DNA of 54,721 nucleotides from Dehalococcoidia bacterium (GTDB taxonomy: Bacteria; Chloroflexota; Dehalococcoidia; DSTF01; JACRBR01), in NCBI GenBank assembly GCA_041494685.1, contig JBGQBE010000017.1, positions 1 to 54,721 of the forward strand, written 5' to 3'. Shown here in pieces: positions 48,282 to 54,721 of the stretch (positions within the stretch are counted from its first letter, which is position 1; every line of letters starts with the position of its first letter). Position numbers and translations under genes: made by a program. The notes beneath the pieces are model-generated. The model was not told the origin of the DNA. It was given only the letters and a program-made list of their open reading frames with translations, and searched no databases.

Positions 48282-48776
48282 GTGACCGGCACGAACCCCA
48301 CACCCGGGCGGCCGCATGTACCGTGGAGCTACGGCATCGCGCAGACGCTGGACGGCGACCCGGCTGCCTGGCAGGCGGTCGAGCGAAAGCTGGCGGACGC
48401 GCGCAACTACTGGGTCGCGACGGCGCGGCCCGGCGGGCGGCCGCACGCAATGCCGGTGTGGGGCATCTGGCTGGAGGGCGCGCTCTACTTCGGCACGGAC
48501 AGACAGTCGCGCAAGGGGCGCAACATGGCCGACAACGCCGAGATCGTGGCGCACCTCGAGAGCGGCGATGACGTGGTGATCCTGGAGGGCGTGGCGGAGG
48601 AGGCGGACGACGCGTCGCTGCTGGCGCGCTACGTCGACGCGTACGACGCCAAGTACAAGTTCCGCCCGGCGACGCACGACGCCGCGACCGTGACCTACGC
48701 CCTGCGCCCGCGCGCCGCGTTCACGTGGCAGGAGGCGGATTTCCCAAACTCCGCCACGCGCTGGACGTTCGGATGA
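48282..48776 (+). CDS. Pyridoxamine 5'-phosphate oxidase-like (split barrel) flavin/F420-binding protein
   Basis: YWVATARPGGRPHAMPVW, SRKGRN and VVILEG. Confidence 0.85.
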   Translation: MTGTNPTPGRPHVPWSYGIAQTLDGDPAAWQAVERKLADARNYWVATARPGGRPHAMPVWGIWLEGALYFGTDRQSRKGRNMADNAEIVAHLESGDDVVILEGVAEEADDASLLARYVDAYDAKYKFRPATHDAATVTYALRPRAAFTWQEADFPNSATRWTFG

Positions 48777-48840
48777 CGCGACGGGTGTAGGGGTTCGCCC
48801 GCATGAGCCCGGCCGCCGTCGGCCGTTATACTGACCCGCT

Positions 48841-50688
48841 ATGAAGAGTCCGTTCCTCGCGGCGCTGGAGCAGCGCGTGCTGCTGGCCGATGGCGCGATG
48901 GGCACGCTGCTGCAGAGCCGCGGCGCCCCCAAGAACGCCTGCCTGGAAGCGCTGGTGCTGGACAGCGCCGACCTCATCCGCCGCGTGCACGAGGACTACA
49001 TCGCGGCGGGCGCTGACATCATCGAGACCAACACCTTCGGCGCGAACCGCTACCGGCTGGCGAAGCACGGGCTGGAGTCGCGCGTGCGCGACATCAACTT
49101 CCGCGCCGCACGGCTGGCGCGTGACGCGCGCGAGATCCACGGCCACCCGGTGTTCGTCGCCGGCGCCGTCGGCCCGACGGGGCGCATGCTGGCGACGATC
49201 GGCGACGTGCGGCCGCAGGAGGTGCGGGCGGCGCTGCGTGAGCAGGTCGAGGCGCTGCTCGAAGGCGGCGTGGACCTGATCATCCTGGAGACCTTCCCGG
49301 ACATCGCCGAGCTGCGCGAGGCGATCCTGGCGGTGAAGGAGTCCTGCGACTTGCCGGTGATCGCGCAGGTGACGTTCCAGCGCGACGGCCGCACCTACGG
49401 CGGCGAGCCGCCGGACGAGGTGGCGAACGTCGCCAGCTCCCTGGGCGCGGACGTCGCGGGCGTGAACTGCAGCCTCGGGCCGCAGTCCGTGCTGGACGTG
49501 GTCGAGCAGATGTCGGCGCACACGTCGATCCGCGTGTCGGCGATGCCGAACGCTGGGCTGCCGAAGTACGTCGACCAGCGCTTCGTGTACCCGTCGACGC
49601 CTGAGTACTTCGCCGAGTACACGAAGCGGCTGGTGCTGGCCGGCGCGAACATCGTGGGAGGCTGCTGCGGCACCACGCCGGAGCACACGGCCGCGATGCG
49701 CGAGATGTTGGACGCCGAGTGGAACCGCAAGGCCCGCGGCGCGACGGTATCGGTGCCGGCGGCGAAGCCCGCGACGTCCAGCGCCGCGGAAGACGCACGC
49801 CCACGGACGCTGCGCGAGAAGCTGGCGGCCGGCGAGTTCGTCGTGAGTGTGGAGTTGGACCCGCCGCGCGGCATCAACCCGCGCAAGGCGCTGGAGGGCG
49901 CCGCGCACCTGAAGGCACTCGGCGCCGACTCGATCAACATCGGCGACAGCCCGATGGCGCGCGTGCGGATGAGCGCGATCGCGCTGGCGGTGCTGATGCA
50001 GCAGCAGGTGGGGATCGAGACGATCATCCACTTCACCTCGCGCGACCGCAACCTGATGGCGATCCAGAGCGACCTGCTGGGCGCGCACGCGCTCGGCATC
50101 CGCAACGTCATCGCGCTGACCGGCGACCCACCGTCGTCGGGCGACTACGCGCGCGCCACCGGCGTCTGGGACGTGGATTCGGTCGGCTTCGTCCGCATCC
50201 TGAAGATGCTGAACAGCGGCACCGACTGGGCGAACAACTCGATCGGCAAGGGCACGGACTTCTGGGTGGCCTGCGCCGCGAACCCGACCGCCGACAACAT
50301 CGATTTGGAGCTGGACCGCGTGCGCCGCAAGATCGAGGCGGGCGCGGACGCGCTGATGACGCAGCAGATCTACAGCGCCGAGATCCTGGAGAGCTTTCTG
50401 GAGCGGCTGGGGCCGATCGACCTGCCGGTGCTGGTGGGCATCATGCCGTTGCAGAGCCACCGCCACACGGAGTTCATCCACAACGAACTGCCGGGCGTCT
50501 TCGTGCCGGAGGACGTGCGCGTGCGCATGCGCGACGCGGGCGAGAACGGCGTCGCCGAGGGTATCGCGCAGGCGCGCGAGCTGCTGGAGGCGTGCCGCCC
50601 GTTCGTGGCGGGCACGTACCTGGTGCCGTCGTTCGGCCGCTACGAGGTGGTCGGCGAGCTGGTGACGCTGGCGAAGCACCTGTCGTAA
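48841..50688 (+). CDS. Bifunctional homocysteine S-methyltransferase / methylenetetrahydrofolate reductase (YitJ-like)
   Basis: DGAMGT, ETNTFGAN, GVNC and GGCCGTTP, then VELDPPR, RDRNL, ALTGDP and KIEAGAD. Confidence 0.94.
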   Translation: MKSPFLAALEQRVLLADGAMGTLLQSRGAPKNACLEALVLDSADLIRRVHEDYIAAGADIIETNTFGANRYRLAKHGLESRVRDINFRAARLARDAREIHGHPVFVAGAVGPTGRMLATIGDVRPQEVRAALREQVEALLEGGVDLIILETFPDIAELREAILAVKESCDLPVIAQVTFQRDGRTYGGEPPDEVANVASSLGADVAGVNCSLGPQSVLDVVEQMSAHTSIRVSAMPNAGLPKYVDQRFVYPSTPEYFAEYTKRLVLAGANIVGGCCGTTPEHTAAMREMLDAEWNRKARGATVSVPAAKPATSSAAEDARPRTLREKLAAGEFVVSVELDPPRGINPRKALEGAAHLKALGADSINIGDSPMARVRMSAIALAVLMQQQVGIETIIHFTSRDRNLMAIQSDLLGAHALGIRNVIALTGDPPSSGDYARATGVWDVDSVGFVRILKMLNSGTDWANNSIGKGTDFWVACAANPTADNIDLELDRVRRKIEAGADALMTQQIYSAEILESFLERLGPIDLPVLVGIMPLQSHRHTEFIHNELPGVFVPEDVRVRMRDAGENGVAEGIAQARELLEACRPFVAGTYLVPSFGRYEVVGELVTLAKHLS

Positions 50689-50818
50689 CCGGTGCCCTGC
50701 GCGGCGCTCTCGACGACGCTTCGGACAACGTACAGGGCGCGCAGCCGCGCGCGTGGCACTCGCATCACGCCGGGGATGCGCCGCACGCGGGACGGACAGT
50801 AGCGCAGGAGATGCCGCG

Positions 50819-51667
50819 ATGGCAAAGAATATCTCGAAGGCCGTGCTGATCACCGGCTGCTCCACCGGCATCGGCCGCGTCACGGCCGAGCGCCTGGCCG
50901 CGCGCGGCCTCACCGTATACGCGACGGCGCGGCGGATCGAGTCGATCGCCGGCCTTGAGGCGACGGGCTGCCGCACGCTGGCGCTGGACGTCTGCGACGA
51001 GGCGTCGATGCAGGCGGCGGTCGCCGAGGTGGAACGCGCGGAAGGCGCGGTCGGCGCGCTGGTGAACAACGCGGGCTACGGCCAGGACGGCGCGATCGAA
51101 GAGGTGCCGATGGACGCGGTGCGCCGGCAGTTCGAGACCAACGTCTTCGGCCTGGTGCGGATGACGCAGCTCGTGCTGCCGGGCATGCGCCGCCAGGGCC
51201 ACGGCCGCATCGTGAACGTCAGCAGCATGGGCGGCAAGCTCGTCTTCCCGGGCGGCGGCTACTACCACGCCACGAAGTGGGCGGTCGAGGCGATCAGCGA
51301 CGCGCTGCGCTTCGAGGTGCGCGACTTCGGCGTGCGCGTCTCCGTGATCGAGCCGGGCGCGATCCGCACCGAGTTCGGTGAGACGTCGGTCGGCTCGATG
51401 GGCGGCGTGCTAAGCGAGGCCCCGCCGTACGCGGCGTTTGACGCGGGCGTCGCGGAGCGAGTGCGGGCGACCTACCGCGGGCCGATGGCCGTGGGGCCGG
51501 AGATCGTCGCGAAGGCGATCGAGCATGCCATCATGTCGAAGCGGCCGCGCTCACGCTACCCGCTGACGCCGGGGGCGCGCGTCATGATGCTGGCGCGGCG
51601 CATCCTGCCGGACGGCGCGTGGGACGCCGTACTGCGCACGCAGTTCCCGTCACCGAAAGCCGAGTAG
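50819..51667 (+). CDS. Short-chain dehydrogenase/reductase
   Basis: TGCSTGIG, NNAG, YHATK and IEPG; AGGAG SD; start reset to 50819. Confidence 0.93.
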   Translation: MAKNISKAVLITGCSTGIGRVTAERLAARGLTVYATARRIESIAGLEATGCRTLALDVCDEASMQAAVAEVERAEGAVGALVNNAGYGQDGAIEEVPMDAVRRQFETNVFGLVRMTQLVLPGMRRQGHGRIVNVSSMGGKLVFPGGGYYHATKWAVEAISDALRFEVRDFGVRVSVIEPGAIRTEFGETSVGSMGGVLSEAPPYAAFDAGVAERVRATYRGPMAVGPEIVAKAIEHAIMSKRPRSRYPLTPGARVMMLARRILPDGAWDAVLRTQFPSPKAE

Positions 51668-51671
51668 CGCC

Positions 51672-54161
51672 CTACCCCTTCACCACGATGTTCACGAGCC
51701 GGTTCGGCACGTAGATCAGCCGCGCGATCTCCTTGCCGGCGAGGTGCTGCTGCACGCTCGCGCTGGCGAGCGCGCGCTCGCGTGCGACGTCTTCCGGCGC
51801 GTCGAGCGGCAGCATCAGGCGCTCGCGCACCTTGCCGTTCACCTGCACCGGCACCTCCACCTCGTCCGCGGCAGCCAGCGCGGCGTCGAACGTCGGCCAC
51901 GCCTGCGTGTGCACGCTGTACGGTTTGCCCTGCCGCTCCCACAGCTCCTCCGCCAGGTGCGGCACGATCGGCGCCAGCAGCAGCGTCAGCGACTCGCGGG
52001 CCTCGCGCCATGCGTCCGCGTCGACGACGGCGCCGGTCTCGCGCAGCTTCGTCAGGTAGTTCGTGTACTCCATCAGCGCGGCGATCATCGTATTGAAGCG
52101 GAACTGCGCGATGTCGGCCGTCACCTTCTCGATCGTGCGATGCGTCCAGCGCCGCAGCTCGCGCGTCTCGGGCGCGCCGGCCTTCGCCGCCGTCTCAATG
52201 CCGCCGAGCACGGCGTTCCACACGCGGTTCAACCAGCGGTAGGCGCCGTTGATGCCGCTGGGGTCGTACGGCCCGCCCTCATCCCACGGACCGAGGAACA
52301 TCAGGTAGGTGCGGAACGTGTCCGCGCCCCACTTCTCCACCTGGCTGTCGGGCGAGATCACGTTGCCGCGCGATTTGCTCATGCGCTGGCCGTCCGGCCC
52401 CAGGATCTGACCCTGGTTGAAGAGCCGGGTGAACGGCTCAGCGAACTCGACGACGCCCATGTCGCGCGCTGCTTTCGTGAAGAAGCGGGTGTAAAGCAGG
52501 TGCATGACGGCGTGCTCGGCGCCGCCCGTGTATTGGTCGACGGGCAGCCACTGTTTCGCCAGCTCGCGGCTGAAAGGCCGCTCCGGGTTGTGCGGGTCGA
52601 TGTAGCGCATCTGGTACCACGACGAGCACATGAACGTGTCCATCGTGTCCGTCTCGCGCCGGGCGGGGCCGCCGCACAACGGGCACGTCGTGTACAGGAA
52701 GCGCTCGTGGTACGTGAGCGGCGACTCCCCGGTCGGGCGGAACTCCGCGTCGTCGGGCAGCAACACCGGCAGGTCGCTCTCCGGCACGGGCACCGCGCCG
52801 TCCTTCTCGCAGTACACGACGGGGATCGGCGCGCCCCACATGCGCTGGCGCGAGATCAGCCAGTCGCGCAGGCGATAGTTCACCGTGCCGCGTCCGTAGC
52901 CCTGCTGCTCGGCGTACTTCACGACGGCCGGGATCGATTGGCCGTCCGGCGTGCCGTCGAACGGGCCGGAGTTGATCATCGTGCCGCCGTGGCCCAACGC
53001 CGCCGTCAGCTCGCCGCCGTCCCAGTCCGGGTGTTTGTAGACGGGGACGATCGGCAGCCCGTACTTCTTCGCGAAGTCGAAGTCGCGCTGGTCGTGGCCG
53101 GGCACGCCCATGACGGCGCCCGTGCCGTACGTGTAAAGGACGTAGTCGGCCGTCCACACCGGCACCTGCTTGCCGGTGAAGAGGTTGATGACGTAGGCGC
53201 CGGTGAAGACTCCGGTCTTCTCGCCCTCGGTCGACTGGCGCTCGATCTCGCTCTGCTTGCGCGCAGCGTCCACGTACGCTCGGACGGCGTCGCGCTGCTC
53301 CAGCGTCGTAATCTGCTCGACGAGCGGGTGCTCCGGCGCGACGACGAAGAACGTGACGCCGTAGACCGTGTCGGGGCGCGTGGTGAACACGCGCACTTCT
53401 TTCTCGGCGACGCCGGGTACGTCCAGGCCGAAGCGCAGCTCCGCGCCCTCGCTGCGGCCGATCCAGTTGCGCTGCATGGAGATGACTTGGTCGGGCCACT
53501 CCAGCTTGCTGAAGTCCAGCAGCTCGTCAGCGTAGCGGGTGATGCGGAAGAACCACTGCTCCAGGTCGCGCTTGGCAACGACGGCGTCGCAGCGCTCGCA
53601 GCGGCCGTCGACGACCTGCTCGTTCGCCAGCACTGTCTGGTCGTTCGGGCACCACCAGACCGACGCCTTCTTCTTGTACGCCAGGTCGTGCTCCAGCAGC
53701 TTGAGAAACCACCACTGCGTCCACTTGTAGTAGTCGGGAGACGCGGTGACGACCTCGCGGTCCCAGTCGAACATCGCGCCCATCAGCTTGAGCTGGCCGC
53801 GCATGCGCTCGACGTTGGCAAAGGTCCACTCGGCCGGGTGCGTCTGGTTCTTGATGGCGGCGTTCTCCGCCGGCAGGCCGAACGCGTCAAAGCCCATGGG
53901 AAACAGCACGTTGTAGCCGTTCATGCGCTTGTAGCGGGCGGCGGTGTCGGAGGGCGCCATCGCGTACCAGTGGCCGATGTGCAGGTCGCCGGAGGTGTAC
54001 GGCAGCATCGTCAGCGCGTACCACTTGGGACGCGGATCGTCGTCGGGGGTGCGGTAGAGGCCGTCGCGCTCCCACCGCGCCTGCCACTTCCGCTCGATGG
54101 CGCGCGGGTCGTAGCGCTCGACCTGTCCGGGCCGCTGCTTCGTCTGTGCGCTCTCCGTCAT
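51672..54161 (-). CDS. leuS: Leucine--tRNA ligase
   Basis: HIGH, GFDAFGLPAENAA, FTTRPDT editing motif, RDWLISRQR, RMSKS and VQVNGK. Confidence 0.97.
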   Translation of the reverse strand: MTESAQTKQRPGQVERYDPRAIERKWQARWERDGLYRTPDDDPRPKWYALTMLPYTSGDLHIGHWYAMAPSDTAARYKRMNGYNVLFPMGFDAFGLPAENAAIKNQTHPAEWTFANVERMRGQLKLMGAMFDWDREVVTASPDYYKWTQWWFLKLLEHDLAYKKKASVWWCPNDQTVLANEQVVDGRCERCDAVVAKRDLEQWFFRITRYADELLDFSKLEWPDQVISMQRNWIGRSEGAELRFGLDVPGVAEKEVRVFTTRPDTVYGVTFFVVAPEHPLVEQITTLEQRDAVRAYVDAARKQSEIERQSTEGEKTGVFTGAYVINLFTGKQVPVWTADYVLYTYGTGAVMGVPGHDQRDFDFAKKYGLPIVPVYKHPDWDGGELTAALGHGGTMINSGPFDGTPDGQSIPAVVKYAEQQGYGRGTVNYRLRDWLISRQRMWGAPIPVVYCEKDGAVPVPESDLPVLLPDDAEFRPTGESPLTYHERFLYTTCPLCGGPARRETDTMDTFMCSSWYQMRYIDPHNPERPFSRELAKQWLPVDQYTGGAEHAVMHLLYTRFFTKAARDMGVVEFAEPFTRLFNQGQILGPDGQRMSKSRGNVISPDSQVEKWGADTFRTYLMFLGPWDEGGPYDPSGINGAYRWLNRVWNAVLGGIETAAKAGAPETRELRRWTHRTIEKVTADIAQFRFNTMIAALMEYTNYLTKLRETGAVVDADAWREARESLTLLLAPIVPHLAEELWERQGKPYSVHTQAWPTFDAALAAADEVEVPVQVNGKVRERLMLPLDAPEDVARERALASASVQQHLAGKEIARLIYVPNRLVNIVVKG

Positions 54162-54191
54162 GGTGTCACCTCCCTGGTGACGCGTGCGACG

Positions 54192-54686
54192 CTATTCGTC
54201 CGGTTCGACGGCGTTGTCCTCGTGATCTCCCCCCCGATGGTCGTCGTCCGAGGTGTTCGGGCGAATGTTCTTCGTGACGACTCGCAGTTCGAGCAGGATG
54301 ACGGCGAACAGCGTCGCGAACGTGGCGACGATGTAGACCTGCGCGCCGACGGCGACGCCTACCGCCGCCGTGGTCCAGATAGTGGCGGCGGTGGTGACGC
54401 CCTTTACGGTGAAGCCTTCGCGGAAAATGAGGCCGGCGCCCAGGAAGCCGATGCCGGAGACGATCTGGGCGGCGACGCGAGAGGGATCTCCGCCGAACAG
54501 TGAGGTGGAATCGGCGAAGAGGGCGGAGCCCATGCAGACGAGCGCCATGGTGCGGACGCCCGCCGGATAGCCCCGGTATTCACGCTCTAATCCAATGGCG
54601 GCGCCCAGCACCGCGGCCAGCGCCATGCGGCCGACGATCTCCCACTGCGATCCGGGACTCAGTACCGGCGCCAGTCCAGTGTCCAT
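54192..54686 (-). CDS. MgtC/SapB family membrane protein
   Basis: IGLERE, AGVRT, RVAAQIVSGIGFLGAG and GVTTAATIW. Confidence 0.92.
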   Translation of the reverse strand: MDTGLAPVLSPGSQWEIVGRMALAAVLGAAIGLEREYRGYPAGVRTMALVCMGSALFADSTSLFGGDPSRVAAQIVSGIGFLGAGLIFREGFTVKGVTTAATIWTTAAVGVAVGAQVYIVATFATLFAVILLELRVVTKNIRPNTSDDDHRGGDHEDNAVEPDE

Positions 54687-54721
54687 CGATGCCGCCCTTC
54701 TCGCCGTCCTTCGAAATACGA

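Noticed and set aside
48777..48840. SAM riboswitch upstream of the YitJ-like gene (and Moco riboswitch upstream of moaA)
   Set aside because: There is no room: TATACT sits 8 nt before the ATG, and moaA overlaps rdgB.
1..54721. tRNA, rRNA, IS, integrase or prophage genes
   Set aside because: None recognised by eye; tRNAscan, Infernal and IS searches were not run, so small RNAs could be missed.

Overview
A gene-dense, high-GC bacterial chromosomal segment with about 50 CDS. The gene content suggests Chloroflexota, possibly Dehalococcoidia-like; this is inference from the dimeric GlyRS, DarA, LPXTG protein, Tat-lipoprotein family-5 SBP and GAAC-N4-GTTC-type boxes. Core genes are prs, dnaE, fabH, glyQS, leuS, moaA/moaC, rdgB, ppa, thpR, larB/larC, a phosphohexomutase and a YitJ-type Hcy methyltransferase/MTHFR. 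Accessory modules are an LPXTG Pro/Thr-repeat surface protein next to a membrane-anchored cohesin, a TetR-Rieske(KshA/Neverland-like)-amidohydrolase-SBP-CoA transferase cluster, an amino-sugar/priming glycosyltransferase operon, a NarL-type two-component pair and a small lower-GC islet (AAA ATPase plus a gene remnant). Non-obvious signals: (i) about 18 genes have a TANNNT/GATACT -10 box 5-8 nt before the start codon, indicating pervasive leaderless architecture; (ii) LexA-like boxes over the dnaE start and in an unannotated promoter at 43.4 kb; (iii) a frameshifted HD-GYP relic and a degenerate stand-alone GGDEF-like protein; (iv) an alpha/beta hydrolase with a clean in-frame internal deletion; (v) several intergenic heptamer tandem repeats. 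No rRNA, tRNA, CRISPR array, transposase or integrase was recognised. No single complete novel system is demonstrable from sequence alone; all family calls are by-eye motif recognition, not database results.
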